Made by a program: the position numbers and the translations under genes
Assembly: GCA_965649765.1 (NCBI GenBank)
Contig: OZ287749.1
Location: 6,882,001 to 6,946,000 of the forward strand
Length of the DNA stretch: 64,000 nucleotides
DNA from: Bispira polyomma
Lineage: Eukaryota
Direction: 5' to 3'
Part shown: positions 1-11,072 of the stretch, piece after piece
Layout of the letters: each line of letters opens with the position of its first letter
Position numbering within the stretch: the stretch's first letter is position 1
The notes under the pieces: model-generated
Told to the model about the DNA's origin: nothing
Seen by the model: the letters and a program-made list of their open reading frames with translations, nothing else
Databases searched by the model: none

Positions 1-1
1 T

Positions 2-382
2 TTGCTCCAAGATTCGGCTTTACTACCTTGGCCAGTGGTACGCTCAGCATGGGCTTTGAACATGCACAAAATTGAAGAGGGGCGACTCGCTTGGCAAGAC
101 AACACTCAATGGGCGATCAACCGACTGAACGCGTTGCAACTAGGGATGGCTAATGGACAGAACCCAAGCCAGATCCAGAAGCAGGAGAACCCAGGGGACC
201 ACAAAAACATTTGTAAGTTATTTAATAACCGTAAATGTAGTTATCAGGGAGATCATGGGAATTACAAGCACCATTGTTGGTATTGTCTGAAAACACTGAG
301 TGAAGAAGCCAGTCATCCAGAATTTAAATGCTATAAGGCAAATGCTAGTAAGAAAACAGAAAGTAGTGCCAATAATAAATAG
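2..382 (+). CDS. gag-like ORF C-terminus of the outer YR retrotransposon
   Basis: WPVVRSAWALNMHKIEEGRLAW and CKLFNNRKC...HHCWYC...HPEFKC align with the inner gag (WQVARGAYAQNMHDIEEGRLTW; CRHYQKDTC...RHICANC...HPEIQC). Confidence 0.8.
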   Translation: MLQDSALLPWPVVRSAWALNMHKIEEGRLAWQDNTQWAINRLNALQLGMANGQNPSQIQKQENPGDHKNICKLFNNRKCSYQGDHGNYKHHCWYCLKTLSEEASHPEFKCYKANASKKTESSANNK

Positions 383-1544
383 GAATTAGGTCGACAACCA
401 AGACTTAGCTAAAGAACTCTAGTTACTCAGGGCAATAAGATTAGCATTGATCAAGTTAACAGTTTGTTTAAATGTAGCTTAAATGAGGAAAGTAATGAGA
501 ACATTTTGGAAAACAGTAATTGTAGTAACAACTTGGTGAACTGTATAAATGTTATTAATGATAATAGTTATGACAGTAGTCAAATGCATAATGTGTTTAA
601 GAGGTAATGTTTCAGATTATGAAAGGGGACAGGGTTTTCACTGGCAGGAACTTCCAGCTATGGTGAAACTGCAGTCAATAAGCACAGATAGCAAGTATTT
701 CAACTGTAATACTGATACTAGGAATTTTCTTACCAGAAAATCAGAAACCAGTGGTTTACAGTATAGTGAGCGTAGTTTGCTAAAGAAAGTAACTATGAGT
801 ATTACAAACTGGGGTTGGAAAATTCCCATCCAGGAAGAGGTTTCTCCTGTGGTTTACATTACCAGTACTAATTTGGTTACCAATGGATTTGCTTTTGTGA
901 CACAAAAATATAACAGTCATGAACTGAAATTAGATTTATTTGATTTTGCCCCTAATGGGCTTCTGCAGATATTAGATTCCTTTCCTTTCGGGTACATTCA
1001 GTGAATATTGTCTTCAATAAAGGAATTCATGTTGAAACAGTATCTCCTGCACAGAAGGCTTGGGCAGAAAATACTTTCTATCACCATAAAAGGGATGGGG
1101 AATGTTTTGACAGAAACGGAAAAAATTATACTGATCTCATGCACGAGATAATTGACAACTTAATTGAGTCTTCTAAACAGGAAACTGATTTCGAGCAAGA
1201 CAGTAAGTATCTACACATCCAACAACAAGGTAATGACATTTATTGTGATAAAACATACAAACCACTTTTTTCGTCCGTTTTCTTCTCCGAAATGGCAGAA
1301 TTAGGTGAAGATAAGGATATACAAACCAGTCCTTTATAATTAGTCATGAATAGCTTGACCCTAATGGGTCATACAATTTATGCATAGGGTAACCCTAATG
1401 GGTCTCAGTAGTTGGCCTGTTTTATATCAGTGATATATGTGTGGAATGAGGAAGTCAGATGCAGGTTTGGGAATTTATTTAAAAGATTTCTATTTACAAC
1501 TGTACAGAATTTTAAAATATGAATTTTAAAACATGCCAAAGCCA

Positions 1545-2485
1545 AAGAAAGTTTAAATAGAATGGGGAGGATGGCAGCAAAAGTGGAAGGAATTATGGAT
1601 GCTGCGTGGGAAGTGGATTCTAAATAAGCCCATACTGCATCTGACTTCCAACATCTGTGTTTTTGGATGTCCTGTAATTTTATATTTTGGTTAAATGCTA
1701 AGGAAGCTCCTGACCGGCGGAAGCAGTGGAAAGAGTGGCCCTGTAGAGGAATATTTAAAAGTGTGAGCACTTGTTTCAGCATATCTCTAAGCCTTGAATC
1801 AGTTAGGCATTTTCCATTTGATCTGGGATCAGCTAAGAGTGGAGCTGATGATGGTAAAGGGTACTTTTTGAAAAGGGATGTAACTGCTTCCACCGGGCAA
1901 AGCCAAGGATTATTTAATTTAGGCAATTGTATTATGTTTGCAGAGGTGGTGGTGCAAAAATCACATCTGATCTAGTAATATGTCTAGTACTATCAAATTC
2001 TTGTGCAGATGAAGGGGTTAAATTTGAGATCCTTAGAAAGCCAAAAAAGGCTATGAGGAAAGCTGATCTATATAGCTCAGGAAAAGGCAAGTGTGAGCAA
2101 GCCTTTGATATGTTTTGTAATTGTAGAAGGTCGAAGATTCCTTTTACCTTTGGTGTGAAAGAGGATGAGAGCTGCAGTGATTTTGTGTATAGTGAAATTC
2201 TGGGATCATATAGATCAGTGTGCTGAATGTTCAATAATCTACAATTGTGTCTCACTGCAGATAGGTAGTTGTTTATAGCTTTCGGTGAAATGCCAGAATG
2301 AAAGAGAAATTCAAAGAAAGATATAATGGTGCTGAAACTAAATGTTTCAGTTATTTGAAAATATGTTGCAAAAGCTATGTACAGTTTAAATTGTCCATCA
2401 TACATTTTCTTCATCCTTGGCCTATGGCTGTCGTTCATTCTCTGTACTGCTTGTAATTGTAGTGGTTGGACACATGGAGGTGTTC
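1545..2485 (-). pseudogene. Tyrosine recombinase of the inner element (frameshift/deletion at ~1930)
   Basis: AFFGFLRISNL (catalytic R), LCPV, HSFHCFRRSGAS (HxxR), WKSDAVWAY (catalytic Y). Confidence 0.92.
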
Positions 2486-2491
2486 CTGTAA

Positions 2492-5217
2492 TTAAAAGGT
2501 GTTATCCATTACAAACATGTTCAAAGGTATGTCATGGTTTGTATAATTATTTAGAATTCTTTCCCTATTCAGTTTGTCATAGTGTCCTATGTCGTACCAC
2601 CTAGACAGAGTGTCAGCTAGTATGTTTTCTTTACCCCTTATGTGGTCGATGTCAAGGTCAATGTTATGTGTCGCACAAATGAACCATAGATTCCTTGTGC
2701 ATAATGCTAAATAGTCGTCTTTTGTTCTGGATGACTGCACGACTGAAACCACCGCTGAATTATCCGATTTTATCTTTACTTTTTTGTCTCGCAGTTCTTC
2801 ACCCCATGTTCTTAATGCTATCAGTACACCTAACATTTCGAAATGTACTATTGACAAGGCGCTTGTAATAAATATTGGTATGGGAGTTTTAAACACGTTG
2901 GTGTTGTAAGCTCCTCCTATGCCAGTGAGGCATGCGTCTACATATATTAATTCTTTGTGATCTCTGTTGTCACTACTGTATTTCTCCGTGCCGTTGAAAT
3001 TGTGTAGGAATTTTAGAAACCAATTAAGGTCTTTGTGGAAATCGCTTGTAAGATTGATAAACTTGCTACTTCTCGAGTTACGTAATAGTGTCAACATTCT
3101 ATTCATGAATATTCGAGAGGGTTTAATAACCCTGTGCACGTATAATAACTTTCCTAGAAGTGATTGGTATTTGTTCTTTTTCACTCGTTTTAGTGACACA
3201 AATTCTATGCAAGTTTCAATAATAGTATTAAGCTTTTCATCGTCTATGCTGAGCGTTTGTTTATTAATGTCTATGGTAATTCCCATACATGTTACCTTTT
3301 TACTAGGTGCGACAAGCTTGTTCTTGTTTATGGGAAGTCCTACATCTCGAAGTACGCGTTGTAAAGTGGTATATGCTAAGGTGGTTTTATCTTCAGTTTC
3401 GCAAATGATAAAATCATCGATGTAGTTAAAACGCAATAACCTTGCTGTTTCATAATATGAGTGACTGCGTCAGAAATTTTCATAAACACAGATCTACCAT
3501 GTGTTAGGCCGAAGGTTAAACTAAGGTCAATGTAGTATTTATCATTCCACGAGTAACCCAGTTTTAGACAATCATAAGGGTCTACCCGTATATTTCTAAA
3601 AGCATTTTTTACGTCCACTTTTGCTATGGCTGCTTTCTCACCTAAAGTCAAAAGTCTTGTCGTGATTTGGTCTATAGTGGGCAATTTTAGTGTGAAATTT
3701 ATGCCGTCGTATTTGTCTTTCACTGTCCAGTCATTCACAGAAGCACCCTCAGGGTGTGAAAGATTTAAAATTAGACGTCTTTGATCTTTGTCTTTTGGAC
3801 GTGTAAGAAGGGGAGAACAGTGGAAATCAGAATTAATGGGGTCACTAATAGGTCCAATAATGGTACCTTTTCCTGTCTCTTCTGTATTTATTAATTTTCT
3901 CTGGGTATATGATGGCTGAGTGATGATTCTTTATCACTTTAGTGTTCAACCTGGTTCTATCATATAGTGATATAGGAAATCCAAACTCTATGTAATCAAT
4001 TAATGCCTTGTCATGGTAATCATGCAAGTATTGTTTCCACATGTTCACATTAAGGTTAGACTTAATAGGGATCCTAGCTCCCTTGTAATTGGGTACTCCT
4101 GTGGCCTTAATGATTTCTGTCACCTGCAACAGTTTCTGGTAAGTGTTTATATCTACTGTATCCCTACTAGGTCCAATAAACTGTTTATGTCTGTAGTCGT
4201 GTCCTATGAAACCAAATGGTCTGTTACTTATATGACCTTCGTGTGTAGAGTCTGTATAATTGTCCGTGTCTTGTTCTGTGATCAGTGTGGTAACAATGTC
4301 TTGGCAAGGAATTTCATGTATGTGATAGTCATTTGTTTCGTTCTGTTGTGTTTGTACAGTGTGTGTACTATTGTTATGTGTGATGTGATTCTCACTATTC
4401 AGTTTGTGATGTGTAGTGGACATATAGTCCTCTTCCTGTTTACAAATTCTATCAATAATACTGAGATAATAATCAGTATGGCCTACTTTTGTACGTGTGT
4501 GTTCTTTTGTCTCTTGTACTTTACCAGTATTTCTTTGTTTTGTGTGTTCTCTTACACATATGGTTGTGGTGTGTATGTATTGTACTGGCCATATCTGTGA
4601 TATTGTCTTAGTAGTCCTATTCCACCAAATGTCGTCATTGTTAATCACTTGTTTGTATACCCCTGAGATAGAGGGATCTTTTGTACAGGTTATGTAGAAC
4701 AAATCACTGGCTTCATTCACAGTGAAGTTAGTTCTAACATATACGTCTACGTTATAAGTTACCAAGTTCAATGTGTTAGTACATGTAACTACTTGGTTAG
4801 ACACAACTTCATCATATATGTCATGCTGTGATACATTAGTGTTCATTAAGTCCTCGTACTGTTCATCATTCCCATGGTATAAATTACTGTCTCTCCTCAT
4901 GGGAAAACTTGTACTATGTTCAATATTTTTACTAAAAGGTCTACACTATCTACTTTCACACTGTCATTATCTTCAGTATTTCTACTAGAAAATACATTAC
5001 ACATTACTTGTTCAGTCACTATGTTCACATTTCTACTTGCGCCTTTACAACAATACTTTTTACTACACATATCTGAATTACCTAACTTAACCTTTTTTGG
5101 AAAAAACTCATTATTCGTCCCTACTTTAAAAATATCATTAGATGTAATGCACTCTTTAGGTGTCACAGACTTGATGTTCCGTCTACACTTTCCTTTACTA
5201 AAATCAAATAAACTCAT
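2492..5217 (-). pseudogene. pol (long N-terminal extension + RT + RNase H) of the inner element, several frameshifts
   Basis: YIEFGFPI, AKVDVKNAFR, LTFG, NYIDDF, YVDACLTGIGG, HFEML, SDNSAVV and HIRGKENILADTLSR across ORFs 3845-4900, 3376-3738 and 2492-3436. Confidence 0.9.
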
Positions 5218-5247
5218 GGCGATGGATTCCGTCAGCAGCCCGTAACC

Positions 5248-6411
5248 CTATTGCGTTGTGGTAGTAGGTGCTGGCTTCCCGTGAAGCTTAAAACATTGGA
5301 TTTCAGGATGGGGGTTAGCTCTCTTATTCAGCTTGTAGCAATTGGCACAGATGTGTCGATACGTCATCGAGCCGTTCTCGTGATCAGCTTTGTGTTGGCA
5401 TGTGTCTTTCTGGTAATGTCGACATGGGAGCTCATTTTTCTTATGATCTGCGTTGGTGTTTGAAGAGCCTGAATGAGAAATGAGGGCCTGCGAATACGAC
5501 AGACGATTCATGGTCCACCTGGCCTCGTCTGACCAAGTTAACCGACCTTCTTCAATGTCATGCATATTTTGTGCATATGCACCCCTGGCTACCTGCCAGG
5601 AAATGTTGCTCGCGTCTTTCAGGGTATCCACTAATTGACGTAACATAGCTCGAGATGTGACTGGATTTTTTGTTTCTAATATGTTTTGAATCTGGCCACT
5701 GGCGAATTGGGCGACAGTTAAGTCGTCGTATGTTGCCCGCTTCTTGAGGACTCCGGTTAGACATCCTTCGTTGGGCCACCGTAATACAGGGTCAGAGGAA
5801 CAAATTTCAGACACGTTATAATGACCTGATTTCTTTTTGGTGTGAAGCTTACCATGCAAGTGATCCCCTGTGGCCCAGGCTTCATACTGGGCGAGTCTTC
5901 TATTGACTTCCTCCTGGATGATGGACGAGTGTCTTAAGACATCTGTAGTGGGCATGATAAGATCACTAGTGACTTCTTGTGCCGGGTTAACCGGAAGTGT
6001 TGTGTGAGCGATGCCTAAGGTTGATAGGCTGTGAGAATGAGCGGTATCACCTGGTAAACTTGTTTGTTGTAGAAAACCTTGTGGTTGGTGAGTCGTCCTC
6101 GGGATGACCTGCCTTGGAGCTGGGATAGGCCGTGGACGTGGGTATTCAGTTGCTGTTATAGGACCTAACTGAGGGCTTTGTGGCATATGTGCCGTATTCT
6201 GTAACACTGGGTGTGGTTGGTTATTACTAGTTGACTTCATTTCTGAAACGTCCTGCTCTAACTTAGAAACGGTTTTCAGTAGCGAATCCATCATGGTTTG
6301 CTGTCGTAGAAATAACTCTTGATAAACAGTGTCACTACTCACGCTAGTTGTTGAACTGCACCCTAAATTTGCTTCTTCTATCGTTGACTCGTTATCTGTA
6401 TCTAGGTGCAT
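5248..6411 (-). CDS. gag-like ORF of the inner YR element (coiled coil, Pro/Gln-rich region, C-terminal Cys/His knuckles)
   Basis: Uninterrupted ORF with ATG at 6411; KKSG and YDDLTVAQF motifs; CX6CX5H plus HxCxxC-x8-H-x4-C. Confidence 0.85.
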   Translation of the reverse strand: MHLDTDNESTIEEANLGCSSTTSVSSDTVYQELFLRQQTMMDSLLKTVSKLEQDVSEMKSTSNNQPHPVLQNTAHMPQSPQLGPITATEYPRPRPIPAPRQVIPRTTHQPQGFLQQTSLPGDTAHSHSLSTLGIAHTTLPVNPAQEVTSDLIMPTTDVLRHSSIIQEEVNRRLAQYEAWATGDHLHGKLHTKKKSGHYNVSEICSSDPVLRWPNEGCLTGVLKKRATYDDLTVAQFASGQIQNILETKNPVTSRAMLRQLVDTLKDASNISWQVARGAYAQNMHDIEEGRLTWSDEARWTMNRLSYSQALISHSGSSNTNADHKKNELPCRHYQKDTCQHKADHENGSMTYRHICANCYKLNKRANPHPEIQCFKLHGKPAPTTTTQ

Positions 6412-6799
6412 CAACACGATACTCCAGATTGTATTTTCTTTTTTCCCCTACCCATGATAGCAATTTTATATAGAATGTGAATAATTTAAAAACGTTTTAA
6501 ATTGGGTAAGATGTTAAAAACTTGTTATATAAAATACTAAAATCCAATATGGCTTCCAGTAGAAGAAAAAGTACATATGTTTACTGCTTGCTTCCAAGCT
6601 TAAGAATGATTACACAAAGAAAGGGCGGCAAAAAGCCCCCCAGTAAACAAATTGTTGATACAACCTCTGATTGGTGTTTACGTTGCTACACACTTAAATC
6701 ACCAATCAATACAGTAAGGTACATAAAATTAGAGTAAAGACTTATTATAATGACTGAAGGGCCATGCTAGTGAACTCGCAGTCACGTCTATTCCAGTGA

Positions 6800-8187
6800 T
6801 TTCAATGACCCCAGCAAGGAAGTTGGGTTTATTGCTCTGTCCAATACAGAATTTCAATTTAAGGGTCCTGACAGGCCAAAATATTACTTTAGTAAGGGAA
6901 ATTTAGAAACTTGCAGTCATTATTAGAGAAACAGGGGCACCTAATTATAGAGTGGCTAGATTCCCTCTAGAATCAGGTTTAAACTACAAAGCTTGGGAAG
7001 AGATGTTGGCTGGTTACCCAGATCAACTCCTTATCCAATATATTAAGTTTGGGTTCCCTCTCTAACTTAAAACACTTGACTTGATTAGAAACGTTATTGT
7101 TAAGAATCATTTTTCTGCCCTGCAGTATACTAACGCGGCAGAGGAATATCTGAAAAAAGAACAGGAATGGGGTGCCATGTTAAACCCAGTGAGATAAAAT
7201 CCCCTCACTACAATTGCTCGCCATTGCTTACCAGGCCCAAAGACGAAATGAAACATAGAGTAATACTTAACTTATCTCACCCTTATGGGGCATCTTTGAA
7301 TGATAACGTTAAAAGGGAAAAATTTGATAAATTGTATAATTTGTTAACAGATCTAGGTTTATCAATGAATGCAGATAAGCTCACCCCTCCCACCACACAG
7401 CTGACGTGTCTAGGGATCGATTTTGACCTTAGGGCGGGTACAATTAGTATCCAACCCAGAAAATTGCAAGAGGTGTTAGAGGCATGCATTGACGTAGTGG
7501 GGCACAAGTATATTTCGAAAACTAGGTTCCAATCACTTCTTGGCAAACTATTATATATCCACAAATGTGTGAGTACAGCCAGAATTTTCCTTAACCGATT
7601 ACTTGCTGAGTTTAGAAGCCAATTCAATAACAGACGTTTCAAGGTCTCGATAGATATGAAAAGTGACTTAAATTGGTTCATACATTTTGTTAGGATGTTC
7701 AATGGCATCACTTACATTGAACAGAACGTGGTACCATTTGCAGACGAGTTACATCTAGATGCATGTTTAACAGGCTTTGGGGCAATATATAAAGGGCAAG
7801 TGTATGCTACCCCCTTTCATAACATCTATGACGAGAAACTCACGATTGTGCATCTAGAGATGCTAAACATTATTATCGCATTAAGGGTCTGGTCGAAGCA
7901 ATGGCAGCATGCCAAACTATGCATCAAGTGTGTTAATATGGCTGTGGTGTTGGTTGTCGATTCACATAAAACAAAAGACAAATTAAAGTATTATGCTTAA
8001 GGAATATCTGGCTGTTAACAGCAATATATGATTTAGAACTAACCATGAAACATATACCAGGAAAGAAAAACATCCATGCAGATGTTTTGTCAAGACTGTA
8101 TTCTGATAAAGGTGCAGATAAGGAAATTATAGAAAAATTAACACAAGAATGTATATGGACGTCTTCAATCTAGACTTATCTATTTAA
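6800..8187 (+). pseudogene. RT/RNase H of the outer YR element, frameshifted, RT core deleted
   Basis: ORF 7167-8000 plus flanking frames (KHIPGKKNIHADVLSR; ends VFNLDLSI* at 8187). It jumps from DNVKREKFD directly to KLYNLLTDLGL, with no YxDD. Confidence 0.82.
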
Positions 8188-8193
8188 TTGTAG

Positions 8194-9150
8194 GTGCAAC
8201 CCCCAACACACATCATCTGATGACTTCTGCCTGGACCAGGATCAACTCGCCTTTGAGACCAAAGACAAATTCTGCATACATAGGGAAATTTAAAACTTTC
8301 TTAAGGTTTCTACATTTTATGAAGATCGATAATATTACAGTGCAGGCAGTGTTAGCCTTTCTAGAATTTTTGATGCAAAACCAGTTGTCCCCTGCAGCAA
8401 TCAACAATTACATGGCAGCTTTGAGATTTGTAGCCAATAGATATCAATGGAATTCTGTAGCACTATTTCTCAGAAGCTTGACACATAACTCTTCCTTTAG
8501 ACCCAAACCTAAGGGCATCTTCACAATTGAGCAATTGGCTTTAATCTCACAAACTTGCAATATCTTGGATGATCCCACCTTATATAGAACAATATTCTTG
8601 ACTGTTTTTTATGGTTTCTTGGCTATCCAACCTAGCCCCCCCCCCCCCCCCCCCCCATTCAAGGGCAGTTTTTGACACTACAAGACACATACTAAGGCAA
8701 GACCTGGTGTTCGAACACCCAGGGGTCCACATAACCTTAAAATGGGCCAAGAACATGCAGAATAGAAAGAATACACACACAATACAACTTCCTAAATTCA
8801 AGAATAAGGCTATATGTCTAGTTTTAGCCTAACAGCAACTGATAGCCTCCAGAGTACTCACACCTTCAGCACCACTATTTGCCAGCTTGATTTCACCATA
8901 TCAGCTATAGTGGACTCACATGTAAGAACATCTTTAAGTAGGATTTTGACACACATAGAAATTGAATATAGTACACATGGCTTCCATACCTTTAAAAGGT
9001 CAGGAGCCACCTTTGCCTTTAATAAAGAGGTTTCACTACACATTATGGCTCATGGCCTGTGGAAATCTTCAGCAGTTTGGACACACCTTCAACAAACATC
9101 ACAAGCGACCTCAGTGGTGCCTTTCACCTATGCTGCTTCAATCCCCCTTC
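8194..9150 (+). pseudogene. Tyrosine recombinase of the outer element (frameshifted)
   Basis: ORFs 8220-8675, 8611-8832 and 8814-9257; motifs ITLKWAKN, HTFKRSGAT and HGLWKS; poly-C run at ~8636-8656. Confidence 0.85.
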
Positions 9151-9743
9151 TTTTTAGTTTGGCTTGGGACAATAAAAATTCTATTTTCTGTTTAAAATTT
9201 TTAAGCTTGTGTAAAATATTTTACCTTTTTAGGTTGTATATAAATACTAACATGTGAAATAAAAACCTCAAACATATCTTTTACTATCACTTGTTGTTAG
9301 AAACTAATCACCATCTGAAATCTGACATGGCAGCTTTGACCTTTGCATAACATTGGCAATGGGACTGAAGGTTTGTTTGGTGTTTTTGAATAATACAGGA
9401 CGAACAGGTCATTTATTTTTGATAGCCTTTCTTTGTCTGTGTGATTCAAAATTAAGAAGCTTGTAAAGATATTGATATAAATGTGATCCATCTATTAAGG
9501 CAAACATAATAGTCAATAATGTATTGTCTCTCTGATGTAGGCTACATTAACGACAATTATCAATTGGATGATTAAGTGAAGCTGTGTGTGCCTATATTGG
9601 TGTTCCACCTCATATGGACGTATATATCTTTTACTAAGACTACACCAACTTTTTACATTTTGGCCTTGGGGATTTTAATTGTATGAGTTACATAGGTCCT
9701 CTTTGCCTTCCTTCATTGCACTAATACTGGTACTCACATTCAT

Positions 9744-10010
9744 TTGCCGATATCAAACCTCAGGTTCGAGAAAGCTGTTAGAGTTATCGAAAAAGCTGTA
9801 GCAAAACAATATCTGACCACCTCAACAGACACAACATTAAAAATCGTCACCAGTCTGCTCACAGAAAGTGTCACTCCACAGAAAGTGCTCTTTTTTCTAT
9901 CAGCAATGATATCAATCCTGCATTGGACCACAACGAAACAGTCGCCCTTACTCTTTTAAATCTTTCAGCAGCACTTGACACTATTGATTATGGCCTACTC
10001 TGCGACAACG
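9744..10010 (+). mobile_element. L2/CR1-clade LINE reverse transcriptase fragment
   Basis: PISNL..EKAVAKQ, then after a frameshift HQSAHRKCHSTESAL..ND...LLNLSAALDTID. Confidence 0.8.
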
Positions 10011-10136
10011 GAAGCAAGGTATGAGAGCTGTTGAGTGACTACAGCCCTAAAAGTGGTGACATGAATTTTGAACAAAATTCGATATATATATCTTTCCAAA
10101 CTGTGTTTTATTGACTTCAGTGGCTGGGGTACTGAG

Positions 10137-10641
10137 TGTTAAATTTGTGAGGTAAAAAAATAAAGAATAATTCTTCCTTTCAAAAGCTTTATTGCTGTAC
10201 ACTGGTATAACCAGGTAAACCTAAAAAACAGACAAAAAAACACATATAAGTAACATTTCCAAAAAAACACAAAATAGAGAAGGGGGAAAAAAAGGAAAAA
10301 ATAATTACATTAAACTACAAAAAAGAAACTACAATTTCACTAGTAATAAATTTCAAAAATACTTACAAAACATTGGAGCTTCTGACCTCACAGAATATAA
10401 ACTTTTAGGGTGTTTTACCCTGAACTTTCTTTTGCTAACTGACCCCAAACTATACAAAAAATCATCACACTTCATGTGGCTGTAAATGTCCACTCCTTGT
10501 CAAGCATATTAAATCAATATTGAACCCCTTTATAGAAGCACACAAACCTCTGCAGAAAATATTCGCCTAGCCTGGCAAAGGCTCAAAAATAAACATGTAA
10601 TAAAAGAAAAAAATAGAAATACTTGCAGGCCATTTCTAACA
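10137..10641 (-). repeat. 3' LTR of the BEL element (505 bp)
   Basis: Direct repeat of 16169-16671; about 7 substitutions and 2 homopolymer indels by eye. Confidence 0.97.
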
Positions 10642-11072
10642 CTCCCCTACGTTGAATTGTCTTAATTCTACTTTACCAAAGATACATATAATATTGTACA
10701 TACTAACAATGAAAAAACTCCGGAACAACAATAAACAATACATCTCTGAGAAAAAATACCCAACTTAAAGCAAAAAAAACCTTTGCAACAAAAAACACCA
10801 AAGTATGTGTGCAAAACCAATACAGTTGTGACACATATGACACACTACAAAATATATTGTACATATCTTATTTGTCAGAATAGAATTATACCATCTTAAG
10901 CAAAAACAAACAACAACAAAATTTTCACTAGAACATTCAATTCTTTATGAGATTTAAGAATTATTTTAAAAAATTACATAATATTAACACTAAAGCATAA
11001 ACAGTATGTGTACACCACCAATATATCCAGTCAGCTTAATTAATATGAATGTACTTCAAAATACTTTCAAAA

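Larger units (their letters stand above)
1341..6744 (-). mobile_element. Inner Ngaro/DIRS-class YR retrotransposon (5.4 kb) nested antisense in the outer one
   Basis: gag-RT-RH-YR order on the minus strand. TTATAAT is duplicated at 1334-1340 and 6745-6751. Outer-element pol homology resumes just after the right copy. Confidence 0.9.
1..9300 (+). mobile_element. Outer Ngaro/DIRS-class tyrosine-recombinase retrotransposon (degenerate; 5' end outside the window, 3' end approximate), interrupted by the nested element at 1341-6744
   Basis: gag C-terminus with Cys/His knuckles (2-382). RT N-terminal remnants resume at ~6800 (GFIALSNTEFQFKGPDR, YIKFGFPL, HRVILNLSHP). RNase H LDACLTGFGA...HLEMLNIIIALRVW (7167-8187). 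YR fragments 8194-9150 (FLTVFYGFL, HGFHTFKRSGAT, HGLWKSSAVW). No methyltransferase domain seen. Confidence 0.88.

Noticed and set aside
1001-1004. GTGA/ATGA start-stop overlaps in both YR elements (also 4897-4900) as coupled reinitiation
   Set aside because: They lie at non-equivalent positions in degraded copies; random frameshifts explain them.
1356-1440. Possible hammerhead ribozyme at the inner element 3' end
   Set aside because: No CUGANGA/GAAA core found on either strand.
9270-9670. ATATCTTTTACTA and TTTGGC(C)TTGGG each repeated in the outer element tail, as possible split direct repeats
   Set aside because: Short and not collinear, so they do not establish a B1-A2-B2 structure.
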